Assembly: GCA_022827885.1 (NCBI GenBank)
Contig: JAJEIP010000088.1
Location: forward strand, 25,009 to 89,008
Length of the DNA stretch: 64,000 bases
Origin: Candidatus Poribacteria bacterium
Lineage (GTDB): Bacteria > Poribacteria > WGA-4E > WGA-3G
Reading direction: 5' to 3'
This document shows positions 1-9,849 of this stretch, piece by piece. The notes beneath the pieces are model-generated. The model did not search any database, had not been told where the DNA came from, and was given only the letters and a program-made list of their open reading frames with translations. Numbering within the stretch: position 1 is the stretch's first letter; every line of letters starts with the position of its first letter. The translations under genes were made by a program, and so were the position numbers.

Positions 1-2259
1 CATCACGGCGATCCGTTATACGGTCCATGGCTCGATCCAGACAACGGATTTCGACCCGTTGCGATTGAACCCTTCAGAGGTATTTTCTTCGGTCAACCCT
101 ACGACTATCAAACGCCTTACCGCGGACAGGATGTCACCGTTGCGGAGTTAGCGGAACGGGAAGGTGATGAACAGGTCGTCTTTACGGAGATTTTCCCGGG
201 CGTATATGCCGACAGGACGGAAAACCCACTCCAGCCCGTGATGGATCCGGAAACGGGGGAACCCCAAGTTAACCCCGATACGGGTGAAACAATCATGACA
301 CGCCAACCTTACAAGGATGCCGATGGCACTGTTATCGACTATGAGAAGAGACAGGTTACTTTATTAGATGGCTACGTCGTGGACCTGGAGCAGTATAGTG
401 GGTTGTTCAACAACACGAAGAAGTATGATCTATCGCCGAGCCATATCGGTGAATTTGCGCTCAGCGGACCGATATGGGGAAATCGGTTGACGTTCGCTGC
501 CTCCAGCCAACTGTCACGAAATCACAGTTATTTTCCGAATAGCAACGGGACATCATATATCTTCCAAGGGAAACTGAAGTTTGAAGTAACGCCGAGTATC
601 AAACTCACCGCAAGTGGGCTTTTCAATCGCGGCGAAAGTCATACCTATGGAGGGGCGCTCCGCTTTTGGCCCAGTGCCGCTCCAGTGTCAAATTCAAGCG
701 CGCGGAATACGTCTGTGAGACTCTCACATAATATCAACTCTGGGACTTTCTATACACTGACAGTTGGGCAATTTCATCGTTCTGGTGAGTCGCATCAACC
801 CGGAAAGGTGTGGGATCCGTTGGAAAAGGCGTTTGATGAAAACGCTTGGGATCCCGATAAATCCTTTGCACAGAATCAGGAAGAAGGCAGGATCAGAAAC
901 CCGCCTCAACAAGCATACAACGATACAACCTATTTCGTGGCAGGAGACAGCAATTCTTGGGGGTCCAGCAGGGCAACAACCTCAATCCTAAGAGCGGATT
1001 TTGCGAGCCAAGTCACGGCGAACCATCAAATCCAGACAGGCGTTGAGTTCTTGGGATACGATCTCTATAATCTCAGCACAACAAATTACGGCAGCTCCAA
1101 CCTCTATATGGAGTATTATGATGTCCAGCCTCAATCCTTAAGTATGTATCTCCAAGACAAGATGGAGTATGAAGGTATGATCGTCAACGCCGGCTTACGA
1201 TATGACCTGTATAATCCATCTGGAGTCTCACCCGCAGACCCGTTTGATCCACTCGAACTGAACGACGATGGCACTATCAAATTGGATAAAAGCACCTATA
1301 AAGTTGGGCTCCCGGTCATCAAAAATCCTGTTGAGGCTTCCACTAAACACATGGTCGCCCCACGCCTCGGCATCTCCTTCCCGGTTACCGATCGGTCGAA
1401 GTTGCACTTTACCTACGGGCATTACTACCAAATTCCACGCGGCGATGATCTCTACGAAAATCTAAATTTTGATATGCGGGGGGCAATCCGAAGAAGGGGC
1501 AACCCGAACTTGGAGCCAGAGCGGACGATCGCTTATGAAGTCGGTATCATACGGCAATTCACCGATGACTTGACGATTGATATCACAGGGTTCACCAAGG
1601 ATATTGATAAGCTTGTCAATAGCGTGCATGTTGACATCACCAACGATTACAGCTACTTCCTTAACGGTGAATTCGACGGTATGATCCACGGCATCTACGG
1701 TCGGGTGCAGGGATTTGAACTTACGATTCGCAAGTGGCGCACGGGGGGCGGTCGCGTCTCTGGCATGCTCAGTTATACCTATTCCGTTGCGAAGGGGAAG
1801 GGCTCCAGTCGAAATCTGGGGTACCTCACCTACTACCGACAGCAACCTGACGTAACCGAAAGTCATCCGTTGGCATGGGATCAACGTCATATCTTTTCTG
1901 GACTGTTAGACATCCAATTGCCCTTCGATGCTGCCGTCAATTTTGTTGGCAGATACGGGAGCGGTTTGCCCTACACACCGAATCCGAGAGCCCCCGTCAA
2001 GCCCGACATCAACTCGAAGCGGTACCCGCCGACCTATAATGTTGACGCACTTATCAGCAAACGGAGTCGGATTGGTGGGTTGACCTATACCTTCTTTGCG
2101 GACATCCGGAACATCTTCAACACGAAGAATCTGGACGATCTCTTAGACGCAGTAACATACGACCGATACGGCATCCCACTCGACAACCAGAAGCATTCGC
2201 ATCCGTTGTCCTGGAGTTCCCCGCGTCTGATTATGATGGGCGTGAGTTTGGATTTTTAG
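1..2259 (+). CDS. TonB-dependent receptor-like outer-membrane beta-barrel, 5' partial (frame open to window edge)
   Basis: Frame 1 has no stop codon from nt 1. The protein is long and beta-rich with Gly/Tyr/Asn-rich segments. It ends ...MMGVSLDF, an aromatic terminus typical of OM barrels and TBDRs. Confidence 0.6.
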   Translation, partial: HHGDPLYGPWLDPDNGFRPVAIEPFRGIFFGQPYDYQTPYRGQDVTVAELAEREGDEQVVFTEIFPGVYADRTENPLQPVMDPETGEPQVNPDTGETIMTRQPYKDADGTVIDYEKRQVTLLDGYVVDLEQYSGLFNNTKKYDLSPSHIGEFALSGPIWGNRLTFAASSQLSRNHSYFPNSNGTSYIFQGKLKFEVTPSIKLTASGLFNRGESHTYGGALRFWPSAAPVSNSSARNTSVRLSHNINSGTFYTLTVGQFHRSGESHQPGKVWDPLEKAFDENAWDPDKSFAQNQEEGRIRNPPQQAYNDTTYFVAGDSNSWGSSRATTSILRADFASQVTANHQIQTGVEFLGYDLYNLSTTNYGSSNLYMEYYDVQPQSLSMYLQDKMEYEGMIVNAGLRYDLYNPSGVSPADPFDPLELNDDGTIKLDKSTYKVGLPVIKNPVEASTKHMVAPRLGISFPVTDRSKLHFTYGHYYQIPRGDDLYENLNFDMRGAIRRRGNPNLEPERTIAYEVGIIRQFTDDLTIDITGFTKDIDKLVNSVHVDITNDYSYFLNGEFDGMIHGIYGRVQGFELTIRKWRTGGGRVSGMLSYTYSVAKGKGSSRNLGYLTYYRQQPDVTESHPLAWDQRHIFSGLLDIQLPFDAAVNFVGRYGSGLPYTPNPRAPVKPDINSKRYPPTYNVDALISKRSRIGGLTYTFFADIRNIFNTKNLDDLLDAVTYDRYGIPLDNQKHSHPLSWSSPRLIMMGVSLDF
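2232..2259 (+). repeat. 28-bp direct repeat, copy 1 (last codons of the receptor gene, MMGVSLDF-stop)
   Basis: tatgatgggcgtgagtttggatttttag. It is repeated at 2993-3020 with 2 mismatches. Confidence 0.9.
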
Positions 2260-2286
2260 TTGAGTAAGATAATAAGGAGGCAAACA

Positions 2287-2529
2287 ATGCGAATGCAAGA
2301 AATCGCAGAAGCCATAAAAACATTAAGTTCCACTGATCGGTATCACTTACGGGAACTATTGAAAGCGCAGGACGAAGCCGATAAACTGGAGGTATTTCAT
2401 CAAGTCTTGCTGTCGAAAGGCTTGGTTAAAGAGGTGAAGAATCCTCCTGTCACGCATACGATTAACCGGCAGCTCATTGAGGTCAAGGGGGCACCTGTCT
2501 CCCAAACAATTATTGAGGAGCGGAAGTAG
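2287..2529 (+). CDS. Type II antitoxin (VapB-like partner of the PIN toxin)
   Basis: Small acidic ORF directly upstream of the PIN gene, with a 3-nt gap. AAGGAGG at 2274-2280 lies 6 nt before the ATG at 2287. The TTG at 2260 in the ORF track is less likely. Confidence 0.6.
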   Translation: MRMQEIAEAIKTLSSTDRYHLRELLKAQDEADKLEVFHQVLLSKGLVKEVKNPPVTHTINRQLIEVKGAPVSQTIIEERK

Positions 2530-2532
2530 GCG

Positions 2533-2991
2533 GTGATCTACTATATGGATAGTAGTTGTCTTGTTAAACGTTACGTCAGTGAAATTGGTTCACAATGGGT
2601 TCTCAGCTTTACTGATCCTGTTGCAGGAAACGAAATTTACACTGTCTGTATTACAGGTGTTGAGGTTATTTCTGCTGTCTCACGACGGAAACGGGATGGC
2701 ACGATTGTTTCTGCTGATGCCACCATGGTAATTGCCACCTTAAAAAATGACTTATTGAACGAGTACCAGATCATTGAAGTGACTGATCAACTGGTGAATC
2801 GGGCGATGACTTTAGCTGAAACTTATGGTTTACGCGGCTTCGATGCGGTGCAGCTCGCAGCATGTGAAGTTCAGGCACTTTGCATCGCAAGTGGAATTCC
2901 TCCGCTCTCTTTTCTTTCTGCAGATAAGATGCTCAATGCCGCAGCTACAGCTGAAGGACTGTCAGTAGATGATCCAAATGCCCACCCTTAA
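2533..2991 (+). CDS. vapC: PIN-domain ribonuclease toxin (VapC family)
   Basis: N-terminus IYYMDSSCLVKRYVSE matches the PIN hallmark (acidic D in xLDSSxLVK). Size is about 150 aa and it is paired with a small upstream antitoxin. Confidence 0.75.
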   Translation: MIYYMDSSCLVKRYVSEIGSQWVLSFTDPVAGNEIYTVCITGVEVISAVSRRKRDGTIVSADATMVIATLKNDLLNEYQIIEVTDQLVNRAMTLAETYGLRGFDAVQLAACEVQALCIASGIPPLSFLSADKMLNAAATAEGLSVDDPNAHP

Positions 2992-2992
2992 A

Positions 2993-3020
2993 TATGATGG
3001 GCGTGAGTCTTGATTTTTAG
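2993..3020 (+). repeat. 28-bp direct repeat, copy 2 (displaced duplicate of the receptor gene 3' end)
   Basis: tatgatgggcgtgagtcttgatttttag. The two differences from copy 1 change Leu TTG to CTT, so the copy still encodes MMGVSLDF-stop. Confidence 0.9.
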
Positions 3021-3038
3021 GAAGGATAACTGACCTAA

Positions 3039-3866
3039 ATGAATCTTCAACAATTAATACCACTATCAGACATATACAATCGAGAAGAAGATTTTTCCAC
3101 AGACCTTGCCGATAATCTTGACGCACTCAGAATCGGAAGTTTTGAGGACGTGGAGACGGAAGCCAGAGTCGGCACGCGTAGGGCAGATATTGTCGGTATT
3201 GGAGAAGGTGGAACGCTTGTAGTCGAAAACCAATTTGGAAAAGCAGATTGGGATCATTGGGGCAGACTGGAGGCTTACGCACGCTTGAAAGAGGCCACGG
3301 TGGCAGTACTGGTGGCAGAGAGTTTTGAGGAACTGATGATTGTCACGTGCAGGTTACGAGATGAGGACAGTACCATTGACTGGTATCTCATTCAAGCACA
3401 AGCCAATTCACATAACGAACTCCTCTTTCACCATGTCGTTGGACCTGCAATAGATATCCAAACTGAGAAAAAAGCCGAAGGTGGGTATAGCGAATTCTGG
3501 CAGCCGATCCGAGATGGCGAACTCGGTGAACTATTTGCTGGTAAACCTGTGCCTATTAGTAATGAAGGTTGGATAAGCAAATCTATTCGCAATGTTGGAG
3601 TGAATCTCTTTCTTACCAACCAGCGATGCTACGTTCAATTGTATTTCGAGGGAAAAGACCGACTGGAACGCAGAGACAAAATTATGGCGTTATTTCCAGA
3701 ATCGGATTATCTTTATAAATATAACGATTCACCCAAACAGATAAGAGTTCAATTTCCTATCCTTGACAAAGGTAAAAACGATCGAGACAATTGGGATGAA
3801 ATCCGCGAGGAATTAGTCAGTTTGGGCACCGACATCTACAACAAAATTAGCGAATCTGGTTTATAA
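3039..3866 (+). CDS. PD-(D/E)XK nuclease-like N-domain + DUF4268-like C-domain protein
   Basis: ADIVGIGEGGTLVVENQFGKADWDHWGRLEAY fits a D...E-x-K restriction-endonuclease-fold core. The C-terminal half (EFWQPI...VQLYFEG) resembles DUF4268. Confidence 0.5.
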   Translation: MNLQQLIPLSDIYNREEDFSTDLADNLDALRIGSFEDVETEARVGTRRADIVGIGEGGTLVVENQFGKADWDHWGRLEAYARLKEATVAVLVAESFEELMIVTCRLRDEDSTIDWYLIQAQANSHNELLFHHVVGPAIDIQTEKKAEGGYSEFWQPIRDGELGELFAGKPVPISNEGWISKSIRNVGVNLFLTNQRCYVQLYFEGKDRLERRDKIMALFPESDYLYKYNDSPKQIRVQFPILDKGKNDRDNWDEIREELVSLGTDIYNKISESGL

Positions 3867-3969
3867 TAAGGAGATTTGGATAAAGCATCTTTGTAGCGTA
3901 AACTGTTAGTTTGCGCCAGACAAACGCTCTCATGCCAGCAGGGCGCGATGTCTATAAAAAGGATGATGT

Positions 3970-4599
3970 ATGCCTTTTGTTGTTGAACTGTATTTTGACC
4001 TCTCAACCGAAGAACGCATTCGCGGCGCATGGAAAACCCTTGATGAAGCAGGGATTAGTGATTCTATGCCTAAAGGTGGTTATCGTCCGCATGTATCGCT
4101 TGGGGTTTGCAACCATCTTGAAACAAATTCACTTGCACAGGAACTTACGACATTTGCCGCGGGTATTGCGCCGTTTCGACTGTCGTTTCCAAACATAGGT
4201 ATCTTTTCTACATCGGAAGGGGTTGTTTACTTAGGGACAACGGTCACTGAACAGTTGCTTAATGTCCACACGGCATTCCATAAAATCTTCAAAAAATACG
4301 CAAAGGAACAACGGGAATATTATACTGTTGGACAATGGGTGCCACACTGCACACTTGCTTTCGGACTGTCGGAGCATCAGATTACTGAAGCCATAACCGT
4401 TTGTCGGCGAATTGAGTTACCAGTTTCCACGGAAGTCACAGGAATTGGGTTACTGGAGGTTTCCGCTACGGGTTGTCAAACGCTGGCTGCGTTCAGCCTT
4501 AAAACGACTGATAGAACCGAACTTAAAGACGAATTACGACCTCAGTACGACGAAACACTTCTAAAAAACGGTATTCGTGGAAAATATGCGAAACAATAA
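3970..4599 (+). CDS. 2H phosphoesterase superfamily protein (2'-5' RNA ligase/LigT-like) with a short basic C-terminal tail
   Basis: Two H-x-(S/T)-x motifs, RPHVSLG and VPHCTLAF, at typical spacing. AAGGA lies upstream of the ATG. Confidence 0.65.
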   Translation: MPFVVELYFDLSTEERIRGAWKTLDEAGISDSMPKGGYRPHVSLGVCNHLETNSLAQELTTFAAGIAPFRLSFPNIGIFSTSEGVVYLGTTVTEQLLNVHTAFHKIFKKYAKEQREYYTVGQWVPHCTLAFGLSEHQITEAITVCRRIELPVSTEVTGIGLLEVSATGCQTLAAFSLKTTDRTELKDELRPQYDETLLKNGIRGKYAKQ

Positions 4600-4625
4600 G
4601 ATAATCAGTCAGGGAAAAATTTACC

Positions 4626-5027
4626 ATGAGAATATATGAATTCACACTCATTTTAACAGCCGACCCGAATGAAGAAGAAGCCGATCGGCTCTATAGCATT
4701 TTTGATGACGGAACTATTAACACTGTTGAAGGGGTCCCTCAAATTCATTTTCACCGTGAGGCATTTTCGTTGGAGTCGGCAATTGGTTCTGCACTCCTGG
4801 ATATTCAAAAAGCAGGTTTTGATGTTGACCATGTGCATATTAAACCAAAAGTTGTGCTTGGCGCAGTCGGCAATATAGATTTACGCGAACGCGGTATTGA
4901 CAAAGCACAAGCAGCAGAACTACGGGCTCGCTTGGCGTGCTTTGCCGAGGATTGGGAAAGTCCTGAAATGGATATCTATGACAACTATGATGAGGAAAAG
5001 GCCAAATTACAAACGCTGAATCTATAA
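4626..5027 (+). CDS. Hypothetical small acidic protein
   Basis: ORF sits 26 nt after the 2H phosphoesterase gene and 3 nt before the next gene. I recognise no diagnostic motif. The C-terminal AELRARLACFAEDWESPEMDIYDNYD segment resembles tails seen on some antitoxins (recollection only). Confidence 0.4.
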   Translation: MRIYEFTLILTADPNEEEADRLYSIFDDGTINTVEGVPQIHFHREAFSLESAIGSALLDIQKAGFDVDHVHIKPKVVLGAVGNIDLRERGIDKAQAAELRARLACFAEDWESPEMDIYDNYDEEKAKLQTLNL

Positions 5028-5030
5028 CTA

Positions 5031-6800
5031 TTGATGAACTTTGAGGGTTTCCGATTAAACAGCGAATCTACACTCGTAAAAATCGTCCTAATCTGTATTC
5101 TGATTGCCTCAGCAGTTTTGGTGCTGCAGAACCTCGGACACAGTGGCATTACATATTGGGACGAAGGGTTTCACGCCGTTGTGGCACGGAATTTGACGAA
5201 GCATCCGCTCAAATTCACGCTCTACGATCAACCCTGGCTCCCTTACAACTATAAAGGGTGGGGTGAAAACCACATCTGGCTACACAAACCACCGGTAGCG
5301 ATGTGGACGATCTGGCTCTCGCACCTGATTTTCGGTATCAATACGTTCGCACTCCGGTTGCCGTCCGCAATCAGTCTCGTTGTAACGACGTGGTTGGCGT
5401 TCCGAATCGCTTCGGATCTTTTTGACAAACGAGCAGGACTCATAGCGGCATTTCTTCAAGCGTTTAACCCGTTTCTCTTTGAGTCGATTCACGGCTATCG
5501 CTATTCGGATCACATTGACATCGCGCTATTGCTCTGGGTACAAGTCTCGTGTTGGTTCTTACTCCGCGCCATTCGGACAGGAAAACGGAAGAATTATATC
5601 TTATCCGGCGTTGCGATGGGTGTCGCGTATCTGTCGAAAAGCTACCTTGCACTCATCACCTTTGGCATTGCGTTGGTTGTTTGGGCGGTCAGTTGGTATA
5701 CTGGACGGGGCAATACCGCAAGGAAAATTAAAATAAGCGATGTTGGGTTACAGCTCTTAGCGGCAATTGCGACAGTCGCACCGTGGGTCATCTACTGCCT
5801 GATTTACTATCGCAAGGAATTCCTTTGGGAACATAAACGCGTATTGGATCATCTCAACACCGATGTCGAAAGCTGGGGAGCAAGTTGGGATCGACCGCTG
5901 TTTGACTATATGCCGCTCTTTTATCCGGTATTCTATGCTGCGCTTGTTGCGGCAGTGTTATGTCTAATTGTGGTCCTGTTCAGACGTTGGGAGTTGGCAG
6001 AACTCTTTGTGTTAGCTTGGGGGATCGGTGTGATTGTTCCGCACACGCTTGCGGAGACGAAAACACCATCGGCGACGATGATTGCTGTACCACCGCTGCT
6101 GATGTGTCTTGCAGCAGTGATCAGTCGGGCATGGCAACGACGGGATTGGATTTACACCGCTATTTGGATGGCGGGGATGCTTGTGATTACTATCATCTCT
6201 GGTGGACGGACGCTCGTCAAAAGCAGAGATCAGTTCGATGGACTCAAGAAATTCGCGCCTTTTATCCAGACAAATTTCTGGATTGTTGAGCAATTGATCG
6301 GGTTCGGGGTGTTGCTCGCAATTTTCGCGGGAGTGCATATGCTGGTTCGCCATCGCAACCTGCAGCGGTGGATGTGGTTGGGTCTCCGGACAACGGCACT
6401 AATAATCGCGTTGTTCTATGCAGGACGCTATGTGCAAGCTGCTTATAGGGTTACGGAGCGAAATAGTCAAGTCCCCCTATACGAAGTGAGTGGGCAACGT
6501 CTCCACCGTGAAATGCCAGAGAACGCCTGCTTTTTTCTTGACGATGAACGCGTCGGCGCGCATTTCGATTTGATGTATTATGCCGACAGGTCAACGTATC
6601 AGATTTATAATAAGCACATGAAGGAACCTCGCGATTTCAAGAACCAAGCGGAGATAGCGCGCGAAGCCGGTGCGATCCCTTATCTTTTCTCTGTCAAAGA
6701 AACGGTTTACAATTATCCGCTGTTCATTGAAGGCACCGTGGACAGCGGGAACGGAAAAATGCAACACTATCGAGTTTTTGAGATTACAGAAATTGAGTAA
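5031..6800 (+). CDS. Polytopic membrane glycosyltransferase, GT39/GT83 (ArnT/PMT-like) family
   Basis: About 12 predicted TM segments. The N-terminal loop motif YWDEGFH resembles the DE-containing first loop of ArnT/PMT_2 enzymes. There is a large C-terminal soluble domain. Confidence 0.55.
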   Translation: MMNFEGFRLNSESTLVKIVLICILIASAVLVLQNLGHSGITYWDEGFHAVVARNLTKHPLKFTLYDQPWLPYNYKGWGENHIWLHKPPVAMWTIWLSHLIFGINTFALRLPSAISLVVTTWLAFRIASDLFDKRAGLIAAFLQAFNPFLFESIHGYRYSDHIDIALLLWVQVSCWFLLRAIRTGKRKNYILSGVAMGVAYLSKSYLALITFGIALVVWAVSWYTGRGNTARKIKISDVGLQLLAAIATVAPWVIYCLIYYRKEFLWEHKRVLDHLNTDVESWGASWDRPLFDYMPLFYPVFYAALVAAVLCLIVVLFRRWELAELFVLAWGIGVIVPHTLAETKTPSATMIAVPPLLMCLAAVISRAWQRRDWIYTAIWMAGMLVITIISGGRTLVKSRDQFDGLKKFAPFIQTNFWIVEQLIGFGVLLAIFAGVHMLVRHRNLQRWMWLGLRTTALIIALFYAGRYVQAAYRVTERNSQVPLYEVSGQRLHREMPENACFFLDDERVGAHFDLMYYADRSTYQIYNKHMKEPRDFKNQAEIAREAGAIPYLFSVKETVYNYPLFIEGTVDSGNGKMQHYRVFEITEIE

Positions 6801-6835
6801 TTCACTGGGGGTAACGCCACTTACCAGAAACTATT

Positions 6836-6864
6836 ACTTATCCGCAAGGAACATTAAAAAAATG
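6836..6864 (+). promoter_or_regulatory. Conserved leader motif, copy A (acttatCCGCAAGGaacATTAAAAAaATG)
   Basis: Ends in the start codon of the 991-aa secreted protein. Belongs to the motif family described in the findings. Confidence 0.5.
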
Positions 6865-9837
6865 AAATTATTACGATTTATATGTATATCTACAATTTTT
6901 GCACTCGTCGCGTTATCGGCAAGTGCACAAGTGGATTGGAAAGCACTTGATGTCGGCAACCTATCGTCGGCTATCTATAATACAGCAGTTGTTGGGTTTC
7001 CGAGCAACCCTACCGCCAATCCTTCAGGCTGGTGGCCCGCTGGAACGAACGATTCTTATATCTTTGAAGGCGATATTTGGATTGGTGCCAAAAAAGGCGG
7101 CGAGATTGGCGTTTCTGCGTCAGACGGTAGACACAGCGAAATTTGGCCCACCGACGACGTGCCAGAGGTCATCTCAAACAAACCCGGTGTGACGACAAAA
7201 GAAACACCAACGAACCAAGCACTCATGTTCAAATGCTCTGACACAAATCCTGAGGCAAACAAGGATTTGATTTTGGGTTTAGAACTCATAGTTAACGGGT
7301 TTCAATGGAGTTACGCACCGCTCTACGATTTTTTTATTTTGGAGTATAACGTCAAAAATGTTGGGAGCGACACGCTCGAAGATGTATTTATGGCATTCCG
7401 ATACGACGTAGATATCTCCAGTAACGAGACAGGCACGGCGAGTTACTCCGCTGACGACTTCGTCGCCCTTGACCAGACGCCAGATGCCCTCAATCCCGTG
7501 GATCACCCCAATCGTTACCTTTCTTATGGATTCTCCAATGCCTCTGCCCCTGGGTATATCGGTTTACGGGTATTGGATGCGTATATCGGAGAGAATGCTG
7601 AGGATCCGGCGGCAAAAATCCCTTTCACAGCACACAAACGGATTACGATCTCCACCGACCCAACGACGGATGCGGAGATGTACGCGCTTATCAGCACGCC
7701 CGGTGTTGAGCCACTCCCCGCAAACTATGATGATCAACGGTTTATCCAATCATACGGACCGGTTGAATCGCTTGCCCCCGGAGATTCCTTCAATATTATT
7801 ATCGCAGTAGCGATTGGTGAAGGGCTTTCCGGTCTACAAGCATCTGCCGACTGGGCACAGAAATTATATGACGATGGCTACGTCGCACCCGCACCGCCGC
7901 CTTCACCCCTGGTAACCGCGTATCCTGCCGATAAACAGGTGACGCTCGTCTGGGAAAGCGAGGGACGCTGGGTTGATGCGGGTGTCAATAAGCGCATTGA
8001 AGAATATGTTGATGTGACCGATCCAGAAAAAATTTTTGAGGGGTATCGGGTTTATAGGCGTGGTGTTTCCTATGATGAATCCACGGGCAATCCGGTCGAG
8101 GATTGGACGATGCTCATGGAGTTCGACAAACCGAGTGCTACCGGCAATTTCTTTACGGTGGCGCATGTGGGTAAGCAGTCAGATGCGATCATTGAGAGCA
8201 TGGGCGATGAGCCTTTCTTCGCGGATTTCTTCAAAAACGCCGTCTACGTCATCAAATTCAACTCCAGCACAGATTTTGAAGTGATCAATACGACGCTGTG
8301 GGAAGTGATGGCGTATAACCCCGCCTTCCCAGGGAACGGCGGCGGATACGTCGTCATCAAAGACCCAAATACAGGTGAACCGCATCCCGATGGGACGTAT
8401 CGTTCCGGGGCTCGAATCTATTTTGGTGGACTCTACGTGCAAATTAGCGACGGTCCCTCAGGACCCCCTGTCGCTGGCGACGTTTTCCAAATCGTCTCGA
8501 CCCCTTCACAAGCACTCGGTGAAGACGCAGGCATCAAGAATTTTTACACCGATGAAGGCTTAACCAATGGACTTGAATACACGTATGCCGTGACCTCCTA
8601 TGATACAGGCAACCCAAAAACAGGGTTAATCGCGATGGAGAGTAGCCAGATTGAGACGATGGTTCATGTTGTTCCGCGCGCCCAACCCTCCGGATACCGA
8701 GAACCTACTGCTGATATAGAACAACACGGGCAGGGAACCGTTACTGTTGAACCGATGGTGCTTGCACCTAACAAGATAACAGGACATCAATACAAGATGG
8801 TCTGGTACGGTGCCAAGCAAACGGGTCCCGCGGCATATATCACGGGTCCCGGATATCAACCCCCTGCCTACGAGATCGTCAATATGACGACCGACGAAAC
8901 TGTTGTTGAACTACAATCCTTTGACTGGTTTGATCCGCTCCATCAAGAGGCTGTTGAAGTCCTTTCACCGATGTTCGATGGCATCGTTTTGAAGATAACC
9001 GGGGCGAACGTATCCTACGGAACTCCAATGGAAAATCCGATTAACGACGTTAAACTGACAGCCGGCACAGTGACAGGGTGGGAGGTGAACATCCAATCCC
9101 CAGGTTTCGGTGAGAATACCTGGCCGAATATTTTCTGGGCAACCTACTACCGTCCACACACGTACTCAATTACGTTTGTTGATGATACCCACGTCAAGGT
9201 GGTGGATGAAAATACGGGTGAAGAAATTCAATTCAACGACCAGCGCGCCGCTGGATACGCTATTCTCACAGGTACGGGCTGGAAGGATACATATAATCCA
9301 GCAGAAACACCAGGTTTCTTCCGAATCTACATTCGCGGCGGATATGTCTTTATAAAAGATCCGAACGCTGAAATCTCCGCTGGTGATGTTTTTACCGTTG
9401 AAATGGGCGGTATTAGTGCACCACAGGATGCGGATCAGTTCCTGCTCAATACAAGAGGGGAGACCCTCTCTCCTGAAGACATTGCAGCCGATCTTGGGAA
9501 AATTCGGGTCGTTCCAAACCCCTATTTCGTTACGAATAGAGCGGTACTCTCCGAAGGAACGGACAAGATTTTCTTCACGCACCTTCCACCGCAGTGTACG
9601 ATACGGATTTACACATTAGCGGGTGAATTAGTCCGAACCCTTGAACACGAGAGCACTGCCCTTTATAACCCGGGTGAACGGACACAGGGTGACAAGGGCG
9701 GTACAGCGTCATTTGAACTCCTCAATCGCTACAATCAGGCACTCGCAAGCGGTGTTTATATCTATCATGTTGAAGCCAGGGACGAGAGTGGTGAGGTCGT
9801 CGGTAACAAGATCGGCAGATTTGCTATTATCCGATAA
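6862..9837 (+). CDS. Large secreted protein with T9SS-type C-terminal sorting domain (Por secretion tail-like)
   Basis: ATG at 6862 gives the signal peptide MKLLRFICISTIFALVALSASAQ. The last ~100 aa (VVPNPYF...CTIRIYTLAGELVRTLEH...SGVYIYHVEA...) match the T9SS CTD pattern. The 6670 start in the track overlaps the upstream gene and is unlikely. Confidence 0.65.
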   Translation: MKLLRFICISTIFALVALSASAQVDWKALDVGNLSSAIYNTAVVGFPSNPTANPSGWWPAGTNDSYIFEGDIWIGAKKGGEIGVSASDGRHSEIWPTDDVPEVISNKPGVTTKETPTNQALMFKCSDTNPEANKDLILGLELIVNGFQWSYAPLYDFFILEYNVKNVGSDTLEDVFMAFRYDVDISSNETGTASYSADDFVALDQTPDALNPVDHPNRYLSYGFSNASAPGYIGLRVLDAYIGENAEDPAAKIPFTAHKRITISTDPTTDAEMYALISTPGVEPLPANYDDQRFIQSYGPVESLAPGDSFNIIIAVAIGEGLSGLQASADWAQKLYDDGYVAPAPPPSPLVTAYPADKQVTLVWESEGRWVDAGVNKRIEEYVDVTDPEKIFEGYRVYRRGVSYDESTGNPVEDWTMLMEFDKPSATGNFFTVAHVGKQSDAIIESMGDEPFFADFFKNAVYVIKFNSSTDFEVINTTLWEVMAYNPAFPGNGGGYVVIKDPNTGEPHPDGTYRSGARIYFGGLYVQISDGPSGPPVAGDVFQIVSTPSQALGEDAGIKNFYTDEGLTNGLEYTYAVTSYDTGNPKTGLIAMESSQIETMVHVVPRAQPSGYREPTADIEQHGQGTVTVEPMVLAPNKITGHQYKMVWYGAKQTGPAAYITGPGYQPPAYEIVNMTTDETVVELQSFDWFDPLHQEAVEVLSPMFDGIVLKITGANVSYGTPMENPINDVKLTAGTVTGWEVNIQSPGFGENTWPNIFWATYYRPHTYSITFVDDTHVKVVDENTGEEIQFNDQRAAGYAILTGTGWKDTYNPAETPGFFRIYIRGGYVFIKDPNAEISAGDVFTVEMGGISAPQDADQFLLNTRGETLSPEDIAADLGKIRVVPNPYFVTNRAVLSEGTDKIFFTHLPPQCTIRIYTLAGELVRTLEHESTALYNPGERTQGDKGGTASFELLNRYNQALASGVYIYHVEARDESGEVVGNKIGRFAIIR

Positions 9838-9849
9838 TAGGAGAAATAC

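Noticed and set aside
6670-6861. Upstream extension of the large secreted protein ORF (track start 6670)
   Set aside because: It would overlap the glycosyltransferase gene by 130 nt. The ATG at 6862 is preceded by the conserved leader motif and gives a canonical signal peptide.
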